This document shows positions 13,030 to 25,466 of a DNA stretch of 64,000 bases, one piece after another (the first letter of the stretch is position 1; each line of letters starts with the position of its first letter). The position numbers and the translations under genes were made by a program. Below the pieces are notes generated by a model, which was not told the origin of the DNA, did not search any database, and worked only from the letters and a program-made list of their open reading frames with translations. Origin of the DNA: Octopus sinensis (lineage: Eukaryota); assembly GCF_006345805.1 (NCBI RefSeq), contig NC_042998.1, forward strand, positions 42,284,001 to 42,348,000, written 5' to 3'.

Positions 13030-13285
13030 TAATGGACTTTCCCATCGAAGATGACATATGAGTGTTCAGCTTTTGCCAAACAACCTGCACAAATCATTTG
13101 TTTATAGGGCTCACTCCCTCCATCAAATTGACATTGCTTGAGCAGGTGCATGGTGTACCATACATCAGACATCAAAGTGATTGCAATGCAATGTGAGATG
13201 AAGTGCTTTTCTCAAGAACACTATGTACCGCCCAATCTAGGGATTGAAACCATGATCTTGCAATCATGATTGCAACATCTTAACC
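13030..13285 (-). mobile_element. tRNA-head SINE (family D-like head)
   Basis: The reverse complement carries tagcctagtggttaag...ggtttcaatccc...gttcttgagaaaagcacttcatctcac. Confidence 0.65.
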
Positions 13286-13896
13286 ACTAGGCTATGTGTC
13301 TTCACTTAATATGTGTATAATGGTATGAATATTTATACTGTACTTATTTGTGTTTAATATGAACTTACCCTAGACTTAAAATCTTAATTGGTGTACATAT
13401 TACAGATGCAATTCAAATTTTATCAAATATCCAGTCAAATTTCCTAATAATGTGGATTGTATATCCATAAGTCAATCATATCTAATGTCCAAACTAACAT
13501 GTCTAATGAAGTATTTAAAAGCTACTATAATAATGTTAGTTTCTTATAATGCTGTTATGGCATTAAACATTTTTATATTTCATAAATATGTTCACAGTGA
13601 AGGTAATATCAGTCAAAGTAATTTCCTATTTACTAATATATCTATAAGTTTCACAAATGGGATGCAAAACTAAAACACAGAAATGGAGAAATGATGAACT
13701 GTGCTTAGTTTCTGCTCATACACTGTTGATTATCTTACATGGTCAACTTTGATCAAAGGGTGTTTTAGAAGATCTATTAATCTAATTAAAGCTATTGATT
13801 TGTTTCTTTGTTGAATCTGTTTCTTTTATTAGAAGGAGGTATGGGTTTATAAAAAAAATTTGATTGTGTTTTGCATTGTGTTAGAATTCATGAAGT

Positions 13897-14215
13897 GAAG
13901 GTGCATGAGTAAGTGGTTAAGGTATTTGGCTCATAATTATAAGGTCGTGAGTTTGATTCCTGGTGGCACGTTGTATTCTTGAGCAAGACACTTTATTTCA
14001 CATTGCCCCAATTCACTCAGCAGACAAAAATGAGTTCTACCTGTATTTCTAAGGGCTAGCCTTGTCACATCCTGTGTCAGGCTGAATCTCCCTGTAAACT
14101 ACGTTAAGGTTACATGTGCCCATGCGTGCTCTTCCACTTGCACATTAATTTCATGAACAGGCTGTTCCATTGATTGGATCAACTGGAACACTCATTGTTA
14201 TAATTGATAGCATGC
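13897..14215 (+). mobile_element. tRNA-head SINE (family D-like head)
   Basis: gaaggtgcatgagtaagtggttaagg...gagtttgattcc...ttgagcaagacactttatttcac. Confidence 0.7.
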
Positions 14216-14324
14216 TTGAGTATTCATGGCTGAGTGATTTTTGTGAATGTCTCTATTAATGTGTATTCTTTTTTTTTAGTCAAGTTTAAAGACTTGTTTG
14301 TCTGTGTGTGCAGATATATATATC

Positions 14325-14732
14325 ATTTTCTAATGTATTCTAGTTAAATAAATAAGATGAACATCTTTTGGGGATTTATAAAATAAGTACCAGTCAAGTA
14401 TTGGTGTCAATGTAACTAATTCCTTAATGTAAGTGTCCGTAGTTGGTATTGGTATATCTTTTAGTGATGAGTCCATCCGAATTATCTCTATTTTAACAAC
14501 GGTATTCATTTTGAGGGACTATCATACCATACTCAAATGTACTCACTCTTACCAGCAATACTCCAAATATTGCATAGATTATTTATACATATACAAGTAT
14601 TAGTAATAGATATTCCTTATTTAATTATTATTTAACACCAAGTAAGTTAGGGGTTGTGGATCCAACCCACTAAGGTATAATTATCCAATATACTGTTGGT
14701 ATAATACCCAATTATTAATACACAAGTGTTTT
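14325..14732 (+). repeat. 408 bp near-identical direct duplicate of 18439-18846
   Basis: Aligns end to end by eye with few substitutions and shares the same SINE-fragment/Penelope-fragment junction. Confidence 0.9.
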
Positions 14733-14889
14733 GGTGAAGATTATGTTTGGGTGATTGCATTTTGTTTTGTTGCTTTATTGTTATTGCATTCATAGGGAAA
14801 TATGATTTTGCTTATTTGTATCTGGATTTGATAGCACAATTAAAATGACTGTAGTAAATTGGTTACATCAAAATAATTTCTGTTTTTAG

Positions 14890-15561
14890 GAGTGTGATGC
14901 AGATCTTGAAAAGCCTCCAGACACAGTACCATTACCTTCCTCTCCAGCAGTAAGTTTCCATGAAGAAACTTTGAAGAGTGATTCTGCAAAAACAAGCATC
15001 ACTGAGAGTTCACATAAGGATTCCAAAGTTCTTGATACAGGAGCCACCAAAGCACCAGAAGTAACAAAAAAGATATCAGGAAGCAGAGCACGTAAAGCAT
15101 CCAAATTATCAGAAGCATCTAAAACATCAGAAACAACTAAAATGCCAGAAGCAACCAAACCACACAAAACATCAGAAGCAACCAAACCACACAAAACATC
15201 AGAAGCAACCAAACCACACAAAACATCAGAAGCAACCAAAGTGCACAAAACACCAGAAGCAACCAAAGCAACCAAACTACATGAAGTAAGCAAAGCACCA
15301 GAAAGAGTTGAATCATCAGATGGGACTAAAGTATCAGAAGGCACTGAAACAGAACTAGGTGAAACAGAAATTATCTATTTTACAGTATCAACTCAAACAG
15401 AAAGCCAATTGACATACAGTGAATACAGAATGGAGCAACTATCCAAATTGAGGAAATTAGAAAGCAAGAGATCTATTTACGGATACACACAATCATTAGA
15501 CAGTGTGAGCAGAATAAGTCCTGATTCTGCAAAACTATCTTCAAGTTTGGTAAAATTAAAA
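14890..15561 (+). CDS. Gene A coding exon, K/S/T/E-rich with a 9-aa tandem repeat (TSEATKPHK)
   Basis: tgtttttag| acceptor in frame with ORF 14971-15579; AAA|gtaaga donor; 672 bp, phase 0-0. Confidence 0.8.
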
Positions 15562-15681
15562 GTAAGATGGTTTTTTTAAATGCTATTTTCTTGTGCTTTA
15601 CTGGACTGGTATAGAAAGTTTATTATAGTTGTTTCACATTTAATTTAACTGTATATTAAGTTAGTATAAAATGTTATTATA

Positions 15682-16145
15682 TCTCTCTCTATATAAACGG
15701 CAGTTTGTCTGTCTGTGTGTCTGTGTGTCTGTCAGGTTGTACCCTCACCCTGACCACGGCTTTCAACCGATTCTGATGAAACTTGACACACACATAGCCC
15801 AATGTCATAATTCAAAACTAACGCAGCGAAATTTTGAAAAGTTCCCCCAGTTCTGAAAAAATCAATAAATTCGACATGGGGTCAAGAATCTAAGCTTTTT
15901 ATATGCAACACATTTTCTGAGCTGTACGTGGGCTGTTCACGCGTTGGGAGGCGCAATGATGTTTTCATGTTTTCGCCCAAAGGGACAGCTAGGAACATCG
16001 TATACACAGAAGTATTCGAGTGAAGAGAAGACATTGCAACCTACACATGCGCCTTCGTTCCCTAGAGGGAAAGGACTAGATTGGGATTAGTCGTTGCCTA
16101 CTAGGGGCTCTTATATACCCGGGCAACGCCGGGCTATGCTGCTAG
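15682..16145 (+). mobile_element. Non-autonomous Helitron-like element
   Basis: A|TC start (TCTCTCTCTATATAAA), (GTCT)-like microsatellite, subterminal hairpin CCCGG-GCAACG-CCGGG, 3' end CTAG|T, no TSD. Confidence 0.8.
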
Positions 16146-16339
16146 TTGTATATAAAACCGCAAACATATTTTCCTATCAAGTGCATTGCTTTACATTTTC
16201 CCACACAACTTAAGTCATTTTACAGAATTAAAACAACTCAAAGCCCAAGACTAATCTTATATTAATTCAAAATAAGTAATAAATCTTTATAAGTGAGGCT
16301 CTGACAAAGGACTGGGAGTTGTGACGATTTGCTGTACTT

Positions 16340-16645
16340 GAGATGGCATGTCCTTTGCAGGTGCTGGTACTACATAAAATGCACTCGTGCTAGTTCCATG
16401 TAAACTGCATTTGTGCTGGTGCTGCATAAATGCACTGGTGCTAGTGCATAAATGCAATCATGCCAGTGGCATGTAGAAAGCATTCAGCACACTTTGTAAA
16501 GTGGTTGGCATTAGGAAGGGCATCCAGCTGTAGAAACCATGCCAAAACAGGCAACTGCAACCTGGCACAGCTCTCCAGTTTGCCAGTCCTCAGTCAAACC
16601 GTCCAACCCATGCCAGCATGAAAAACAGATGTTAAATGATGATGG

Positions 16646-16679
<34 letters not shown>

Positions 16680-16681
16680 AT
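16340..16681 (+). mobile_element. RTE-LINE 3' end fragment
   Basis: Degenerate gtgctggtg...taaaatgca units, then ttaggaagggcatccagctgtagaaac...ccaacccatgccagcatg and a (GAT)n tail. Confidence 0.75.
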
Positions 16682-17248
16682 GAGATGAGAGTCAATTATG
16701 GCATTTGTAAAATGAGAGGCCATTACTTAATTTGGAAGTGGGCGCTCAAAAATTCTTATCATGTGAAAACTGTGGTAGAACTCACACTTTCCTCCTCCTC
16801 CCCTGACCACTGCCACCACCACCACCACCATTATTTAATGTCCCTTATTCCATGCTTGCATGGTCAGAAAGAATTTGTGGTGGCAGATATTCTACTGCCA
16901 AATACCCCTTTTGTTTCCATTTGCAACCATCCCATGGCGTCAAGACAAGGGTACATGCAAATGCACACACACACACACATGTACATATACATATATGGCA
17001 GGCTACTTTCAGCTTCCATCTACCAGATTTACACTTACAAGGCTTTAGTTAGCCCAGGGCTATAGTAAGAGATATTTACCTAAGGTGCTGTGCAGTGGTA
17101 TTGAACTCAAGACCACACAATAGGGAAGCAAGCTTCTTTACCACAGCCACACTCATGCCAATAGCCATGCCTATGCCTATAAATTTCAAAATATGATGTC
17201 AATCATTTGAATGAGATAAGATTAGAATGCGTTATCAATAATGGATTA

Positions 17249-17463
17249 TTAACCCTTTAGCATACAGATTGCTCTGTCAAATGTAATTCTTATTTATTCA
17301 CATTCTTTTGAATTGATCGTGCTTCAAGATTTTGATGATGTGATTGCTTAGTTTTGAAATGACATTGTAGGATAGGTGTGAGAGATTGGAGCTGGTCAGT
17401 TTGAACGTAAAACATATAGAATATTTTGGCCAGATATTGTAAGTTTAAATGCTGAAGGACTAA
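17249..17463. mobile_element. piggyBac-type MITE (~220 bp)
   Basis: TTAA-CCCTTTAGCAT left end, degenerate AATGCTGAAGGAC-TAA right end; body homologous to three other copies. Confidence 0.75.
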
Positions 17464-17499
17464 ATGAACTTTAAAAGACCTAGAAGTCAAACAGATAAG

Positions 17500-17937
17500 T
17501 TCTAGATAAAATCTATGTATTTATCCACTCAGTCGAAGTCGACTCTCAGTTACTCAATGGAGCAGTGTCCTTCAGCCAGTTCTATCCTGGGTCGCTTCTT
17601 TCAGATTGGCTATGTCCATTCCCGTGTCACTCTTGATGGTGTCAAGCCAGCGGGTTCTTGGTCGGCCTCTTCCTCTCTTGCCACTGACCATTCCGAGCAT
17701 GATGTCCTTCTCCAGGGATTTTCTTTGCATAATATGACCAAAATATGTCGATCTATGCTTGGTGATCCTAGCTTCTAGTGACAGTTTTGGCTTGATCTGG
17801 TTAAGAACTTCTCCATTGGTGAGCCTCACTGTCCATGGAATCCGTAAAAGTCTTCTCCAACACCAAAGCTCGAATGAATTAATTCTCTTCTGGTCAGCTT
17901 TCTTCAGTGTCCAGGTCTCGCATCCATATGTTGCTAG
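17500..17937 (-). mobile_element. RTE (BovB-like) LINE 3' ORF fragment
   Basis: ORF 17572-17829 (YFGHIMQRKSLEKDIMLGMVSGKRGRGRPRTRWLD) is a typical RTE C-terminus, distinct from the element at 30754. Confidence 0.8.
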
Positions 17938-18438
17938 ATAAAATAAGAAGCACTAATAAAAAGTATTGAATGAAATTTTCAAAACTTACTCTGATGAATG
18001 ACTAAATGCAATATCTAAGTGATGTGATTAGTGCTAAGAATGTATAGGATGTGTATTAGACATTCAGGGCTCTGTATTTCTCTTGATATAGCCTGCAAAG
18101 TTGTTGATTTGATTCATAGTCATAATGAGACATAGTCATAATGAGCATCTTTTGGGGGTTGATAAAATATGTACCAGTCAAGTATTGGTGTCAATGTAAC
18201 TGACTTCTCCCTCCCCTCAAAAACTGCTGATCTTGTGCCAAAATTTTAAACCATTATTTTTATGCAAATTTCAACTGTTTTCATACAGAATTGAGGTTTT
18301 ATAAACGAATTAATTAATTGTTACAATGCGAAATACCTGTAGTTGTTGATTAGACTCAGGTTAGCCCTTATTGAGCATGCCCATGATAAAAGATATCTTA
18401 GCAGTGACCTTCCCATCTTTTTATGTTGTTGAGATAAT

Positions 18439-19331
18439 ATTTTCTAATGTATTCTAGTTAAATAAGTCGGATGAACATCTTTTAGGGATTTATAAAATAA
18501 GTACCAGTCAAGTATTGGTGTCAATGTAACTAATTCCTTAATGTAAGTGTCCGTAGTTGGTATTGGTATATCCTTTAGCGATGAGTCCATCTGAATTATC
18601 TCCATTTTAACAACAGTATTCATTTTGAGGGACTATCATACCATACTCAAATGTACTCACTCTTACCAGCAATACTCCAAATATTGCATAGATTATTTAT
18701 ACGTATACAAGTATTAGTAATAGATATTCCTCATTTAATTATTATTTAACACCAAGTAAGTTAGGGGTTGTGGATTCAACCCACTAAGGGATAATTATCC
18801 AATATACTGTTGGTATAATATCCAATTATTAATACACAAGTGTTTTTAATTGCAATGCAAATAAACTTACTTATTGTATTGAATGGGTGAAGGTAAAGAA
18901 ATATTTTACCATTAATTTATATTACAAATAAGAAAATGGAGAAGCACATTAGTTGGTTCATCAGCTTTAGGATATTATAATGTTGACTTATTTATTTATC
19001 AAAACGACAACCATAATAACATAAATACATATAGTATATTATTCAATGCATATTCCACTGAATTCTATGGATAAATTCATTGAGGAATATCTATTGCTAA
19101 TACTTGTATATGTATAAACTATCTATGCAATATTTGGAGTATTGCTGGTAAGAGTGAGTACATTTGAGTATGGTATGATAGTCCCTCAAAATGAATACTG
19201 TTGGAAAAATGGAGATAATACGGATGGACTCATCGCTAAAGGATATACCAATACCAACCAAGGACACTTACATTAAGGAATTAATATTTAGGATTAATGA
19301 ATTTATCCATAGAATTCGGTGGAATATGTAT
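18439..19331. mobile_element. Penelope-like fragments in inverted arrangement
   Basis: 18531-18733 is the reverse complement of 19081-19283. The + strand reads SSLKDIPIPTKDTYIKELIFRINEFIHRIRW, resembling from memory the N-terminal motif of Penelope-like ORFs. Confidence 0.55.
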
Positions 19332-19472
19332 TGCATAAGGTTGGGTGTGAGGGATTGTTACAGTAATGTACATGCATACATACATACATACATACATACA
19401 TACATACATACATACATGCATGCATGCATACATACATACATACATACATACATGCATGCATACATACATACA

Positions 19473-19862
19473 ACCCTGGGATATGTTGCACACTGCCTAA
19501 ATACCAATCTTGAGAAATTAGGCTTCTCAAAACCAGAAAGAAGAAAGCTAATTCGAAGACTACAGATCCAATCCATCATTGGAACTGTAAAAATCTGTAA
19601 AATTTTCCAGAAGTTTATCATTTAAATATATATGAGCACATCTAGATATGCAACTATATGCATGAGAATACATACATAAAACATACAAATCTGCACATAC
19701 ATACATACATACATACATACATACATACATACATACATACATACATACATACATACATACCCTGTTATTGATGTTGAAATTCCAATGAAGGAGCTTTGGA
19801 TCTAGGTTAGAAACTGATTCTTTCTCTATTGGTAAGAAATCTTGAAATAAACTGAATAATGA
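19473..19862 (+). mobile_element. 3' end of an REL-endonuclease-type (R4/Dong-like) non-LTR retrotransposon
   Basis: LGYVAHCLNTNLEKLGFSKPERRKLIRRLQIQSIIGTVKICKIFQKF* resembles the REL C-terminus; flanked on both sides by (TACA)n. Confidence 0.55.
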
Positions 19863-20171
19863 CATACATACATAAGTATAAAAGTAAATGTATTTTTGGT
19901 TATAAATTGTTACACACACATTCATACACATAAACACATGTAGTAATAAATTTTTAAAATACAACAGTGAAAAAAGCAATATATATATAAAGTAAAATTT
20001 GTAACATTCCATTGGTATTCAAAAGCTTCTTATACAGTGACAAGCTGTCTTTGAAACAGTGAATTGAATAGTGAAATGAATATCAATGAAAATTGACACA
20101 CATATACGCAAGGTTGTATTTGTGTGTTCTTGGTTTAATGTACTTTATAAAAGATTGTAATTTGTGCCTAG

Positions 20172-20255
20172 ACTCAAGCTGAAGATGATATAATAGAAAC
20201 GATTGGAAGTGATGGCAACACCCAAAGTAAAGTTCTAGAGTACAGTAAACACCAA
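20172..20255 (+). CDS. Gene A coding exon (TQAEDDIIETIGSDGNTQSKVLEYSKHQ)
   Basis: tttgtgcctag| acceptor and CAA|gtaagt donor; 84 bp, phase 0-0. Confidence 0.7.
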
Positions 20256-20354
20256 GTAAGTTTTTACAGAGTATCCTTGAAAATTTCCTCATTGTTTAAC
20301 CTGTAAAGTAACTCAAAGACCAAAGAATTGTTATAAAAATATATATATGTATGT

Positions 20355-21650
20355 ATTGGGTGCTGTGAATGAATTATCATCTAAATTACACAAAAAAGAA
20401 AATAACACTGACATCCCATTTTAACATATATTTACCACAATTACATAAAAATGTCTTGAAATACTAAAGAGTAAATTTATTTAATAAAATCGCCATTGGC
20501 TTCAATTACGGCCTCCAGACAACTTTGGAATTTTGTGCAATTCTTCTGGAAGTCTCCTTGTTTAAGTTAGTGAATGCTGCCATAATCCTTGCCTTCAGTT
20601 CATCTTTGGTGTTACAAGAAGTTTTGTTGGTCTCTCGCCCAACTGCACCCCATACATAATAATCAAGGGGGTTGCAGTGTGGGGAGTAGGTGGCCAGATT
20701 TAGGGGTGATTTGGTTGCAGAAATTGCCTATCAGCCATGACTGGGTTCTCCTGCTGTGTGGCATGGTGCAGAGTCCTGTTGCCAGACATAGGATCTTCCA
20801 GCAGCCACTCTTCTTCATCCAGGGCAACACTACCTTCTCCAGGCACTTGATGTAGGCCTCTATGTTGAGTCAGAATCTGTGTAGGAAGATGAATGGAGGC
20901 ATAACGTCACCATCACTAGTGATCACTCTAAACACCATGATGTTGACTGGATGTTTGATTTTTATCACTCTCAGTACATGTTTTGGAGACATAGCAAGCC
21001 AACAGTTGTTCTGTGTGTTCCCCAGCTGATCCTGGCAGAAATTTTTCTTGTCTGAGAAAAACCAACGCATGTTCGGTTGGAGGGGGATGCTTGAGTTTGT
21101 TCAAAAGCTTCATAGTGTGGTCTTTCCTCTTGTTCTTGATGGTTTGGGATAAAAATTGACCCTTTCTCATCTTGTATGAGGAATACTGAATGTCTTCATG
21201 CACTACCTGCCTGATAAGAAACTCAGCCACTCCCATGTCCTTAGTGATGGACCTGATTGAGTTGGAAAGATCGTTGTCAATCATGGCCTGGATCTCACCA
21301 ACAAATTCAGGAGTTCTTTTCTGATCAGAACAATTAGAGTGAGTTTTCCAAGCTGCTGTACCTTCATAATTACCATTAGACTCATCCAACTCTATCCAAA
21401 TCCTCTGCACTATCCTCAGATTGACACCCAAATACTCTGAAATGTTCGTATTGGAGCCTTCATACAAATGCCAAGCAGTGCAACATGTTTCCAAATTTAT
21501 GGCTGAGTGACTAGTGTTATAATGCTGTTTTTCACACAGATAGTGCCCAACTACCCCTACTATACTGTGTAGTCAACAAAATTAAAAACAAACAAAGTGC
21601 ATGTGCAAAATTAAAAATATAAAATGGCAACAAGTAATTGAATTGCTTAA
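20355..21650 (-). mobile_element. maT/DD37D-type Tc1/mariner transposon remnant, near full length, frameshifted
   Basis: ORFs 20928-21494 and 20870-21070 (RWFFSDKKNF), then YVWQQDSAPCH and CNPLDYYVWG. The third catalytic residue is D; spacing of about 37 is estimated across frameshifts. Confidence 0.8.
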
Positions 21651-21873
21651 TATAGGTTTTATCTCTTAATTATTTACATATATATTGTGAAATTTGATTT
21701 AGTATTGCTAAATTGAATTTTCCCTGTAAGTTTGGAATTTTATATTCCCTACTATTAAGTGTCTGTAATATTTGTATCTCCTGTTTATATACGTTTGTGT
21801 AATTTGTTTTTGTTTTTGTTTTTTTGTTTTTATTTTTGTTTATTTTTTATTTTGTTCATGTGTTTACACTTAC

Positions 21874-21904
<31 letters not shown>

Positions 21905-22279
21905 CATCATCATCATCATTATTATGTATGTATGTATGTATGTATGTATAATAATAATAATAATAACTCCCCCCCCACACACACACACTAACTAAACATA
22001 GACACACATAGAGGTATACACATGCGCAAATGAAGACACATACAGTAGGAATACGAAATACAAAATGGCTGACCGTTAGTAAGGAGAGACACACAAATAA
22101 GAAAGAAGAAAGCAAAGGACCACTGATGCGGTCACAGGAGTGTGACGAAAGAACTCTGGCCGAAATAAGATTAAGATTAATGTAAAAAATAAATAACGTT
22201 GAAGCAAAGTAACACCAAATATATAGTGTGTGTGTTTTTATTGGCTAAACTGGCAAAATGACCATTCCTAAATACAACA

Positions 22280-22321
<42 letters not shown>

Positions 22322-23019
22322 GTGCAGATGTGTGAATGCGCCACGGACATGCGTGCACACACACACACACACACACACAATACATTATTATTTTACCAAC
22401 ATTTGTTGGAGAAAATAATTATATCAGGCACTAAATTTGAAACTGAATAAATATTTGCAATATTGTTCTTGCATTTGTTGTTTATCGTAGTTAAATATCT
22501 TTGAATGATATATTTCTTGAATAACATTTCTTAGAATGGTTGCTAAGACTGCCTCAATGCAATCTAAAAACATAATACTTCTTTCCTTTCACTGAAAGTC
22601 TAACTTTGGAAAAATAGGATGAATTTTATATTTAATTAACCTGTTTTGTTTTTTTCTTGTCCTCCCACCCTGTGATTTAAACAAATATTTAATCTAAAGC
22701 ATCATTTTGTTTACAGAAACTAAAGAAATGTGTTATCAATTGGAAGCATAGGGCTAATTTTGATTCCTTTATTATTTTCAAGAAAGTGTGTTTCCCTTTT
22801 TTTCTCTTTTTTTCTGAGAGATAGTCATCTGTCCTGCAGACAGGTTTAGCCTATATCCCTTCAAAGTGAATATATTAAATTCTGTATAAATAAATATGAA
22901 TTCGCTATGCTCAACCAAATGCCTTATCTTGTATTTCAGGGTTTTGTTTCACTTCATAATCTAGTGGTCTTCAGTCAGTTTCAGACATCATGCCTTATAG
23001 TATTAGATGTACATTTACC

Positions 23020-23355
23020 TTTCACCTTTTACTTGTTATCCTTTACTTGTTTCAGTCATTAGACTGTGGCCATGCTGGGGCATTGCCTTGAAGAATTTTT
23101 TAGTTGAATGAATCAACCCCAGTACTTATTTTTTAAAGCCTGGTACTTATTCTATTGATATCTTATGCTGAACTGCTAAGTTACAGAAATGAAAGCACAC
23201 CAGGACAGATTGTCAACCAGTGGTGGGAGCCAAACACAGATGCAAACACACATGTATATACACACACGTATATATGTATACGACTAGCTTCTTTCAGTTT
23301 CTGTCTACCAAATCCTCTCACAAGGCTTTGGTCAGCCTGAGGTTATAGTAGAAGA
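23020..23355 (-). mobile_element. SINE family A (head truncated)
   Basis: Homologous to the other family A copies. Confidence 0.75.
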
Positions 23356-24435
23356 CCATGGTGTCAGCCAATGGGACCAAATACTATCTATGAAAATGCG
23401 TTGAATTATAACATATCCATCTGGTATGATTTGTAAAATACCATTTTTAGGTTCTTTATCACAAAATGTGTTATTCACAACTAAGATTATAAAATTTACC
23501 ATTAGGATTAGAAATATTTGTATGGATTCTAGCACTGATGTTGGAAAGACTAAGTTAGAAATATATGGGTTGATAGCTCTCCACATGTATAAATTTTAGC
23601 ACCGCTCTCTTTTCTCTTAAAGTCTAATTTATAAGGATTTTTGATATCTCCACTAATCTGATTTTCGTTCTTATATTCATGTGTGTTTTTGTATTATGCA
23701 TTTCTTCATTTTGAAAATATTATCAGTAACTTTGATCATATTTTTGAAAATCTATGTAAAGTTTCAAATTTTGTTTAGCCATTGCTTGTATATAGGAATA
23801 TTGTCACAAAAATTATTCCTTCATTTTGTCAAATGGATATAACTAAAAGAAAGTCTTTCAACGATTTGCAACATTTATTGATTAAGAGATAGTATTAAAT
23901 TCAATTTATTTCATTGCTGTTGCAATATCTTCCTCATATAAAAAAGTATTAAGTGATAAGTTGTGTATCATTTTGTTTTGTGGAGAACGTTTTTTCAGTA
24001 TTTATTTTTTAAAACTATTTTCTTCTCTCCAACAAAATTTCACTTACACTGTTTGAGAGAGGATTCACCCGTCTTTTCTTTTGGTTCTCTTTGAGGATTC
24101 TCTGCATTAGCATTCTGCTTTTTTAGTAAGATTATGAAATTAGTTATTTGTTTGCAAGATTCTTAGAAATTCCTCATTTTATAAAAACATCTTTCTGTTT
24201 GCCGTATACATTTGTAGATCTTCTTAACGTTAGTTTACTAAGTTCAAGATTTTGACAATTGTATTTTTGTTTTGTTCCCTAAATTAGGTTATTGAAAGTG
24301 TATCAGTTGAACACATGTTGTGACAAGTGGAATAACATTATAGATAAATTTTCTCTCTAATTTATTGGAATGCTTTGCATAATTCCTTATTTTCAATGAG
24401 AGCAAAATCATAAAAAATTATAATTTTAGAAAAAA

Positions 24436-24829
24436 CTAGCAGTATCGCCCGGCATTGCTCGGGTTTGTTTTAACCCTTTAGAATTGGAATTTTTGAAAAG
24501 TAAAAATTTTAGATTATGTAGCTTGTTATTCTCTTTAAGTGAACTTTTTTCTGGTTGAAATACACCAAAAAATGGTGACACAGCAGTAAAAAAAATCGTA
24601 AAAAATAGGATTTTCATAGAAAAAAAGCACCTTTTTGATGTAAATAATTTTTGGTGTTAACATGGTCTGATTTGAATTTTATCTTCTACAGAAGGAAGAG
24701 CAAGTCTTCTTCTATCATACTCTCAATTTTGGTCAACTTGTGCTGCAGGGTCTTGGAGGAGATAGTGTTAGTTGAAGGCTACTAAACCTGCCATACACAG
24801 ACAACTTCAACTTTATATATATATAGAGA
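24436..24829 (-). mobile_element. Non-autonomous Helitron-like element
   Basis: The minus strand reads A|TCTCTATATATATATAAAG...CCCGAGCAATGCCGGG-cgatactg-CTAG|T. Same termini as 15682-16145, different interior. Confidence 0.8.
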
Positions 24830-24900
24830 TTTTCAAAAAACAAAAAATAAATAAATAATGTAAATTAATCTAAATCTAACTGCTTTATTTATTTTCACAG

Positions 24901-25004
24901 ATTCCTGATAAACTGTCTATTTTGGAAGCTGATCTCAAAGCACCTGATACTAATAAGGCATATATAGCTCTTAGTACTGTGAAGATGTTACAGGAGCAGT
25001 TAAT
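24901..25004 (+). CDS. Gene A coding exon (IPDKLSILEADLKAPDTNKAYIALSTVKMLQEQL)
   Basis: ttattttcacag| acceptor and AT|gtaagt donor; 104 bp, phase 0-2, matching the terminal exon. Confidence 0.8.
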
Positions 25005-25263
25005 GTAAGTATAACTTATTATAGTCAAATGAAATCTGCAGTTTTTCTGGGAAGACCTTTATGATATATTCAGCATAAACTTACATCAAAGTATAAAGCA
25101 AAGAAACCTGATTATCCCAAATACTGTGAAATAAGGTCGATTTTTGCAAGAATGTTGCTAAATAGATTTATATCTGACATTCTTAAATATCAACTTCCTC
25201 AGAGTCAGTGTGGTTTTGAAACTAATGAAGTCTTACCAACATGGTCTTTGTACCAAAGTCAAC

Positions 25264-25466
25264 TTAATCTATTAGCATTCAGATTACTCTGTTAAATGTT
25301 ATGCTTATATATTCACATTGCTTTTAGTTATCATGCATTATCTTATAGCTTTGAGACTTCAGTGATATTGTAGGGTAGGTATAAGAGGCAGGATCTAGTT
25401 ATTTTGAGTGTAAAACAGGTAGAATATTTAGGCTGGATATAGCCAGTTTAAATGTTAAAGGGTTAA
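25264..25466. mobile_element. piggyBac-type MITE
   Basis: TTAA-tctattagcatt ... aatgttaaaggg-TTAA. Confidence 0.75.

Noticed and set aside
22110-22185. Hammerhead-like ccaCTGATGCggtca...tggccGAAAtaag
   Set aside because: Position 9 is C rather than A, and no NUH site with a stem I partner could be found. It may still be a Penelope-type terminal repeat.
22717-22785. Possible phase 0-0 gene A exon (KLKKCVINWKHRANFDSFIIFKK)
   Set aside because: The acceptor is good but the donor (gtgtgt) is weak, and it is not needed for frame continuity. It cannot be supported without RNA data.
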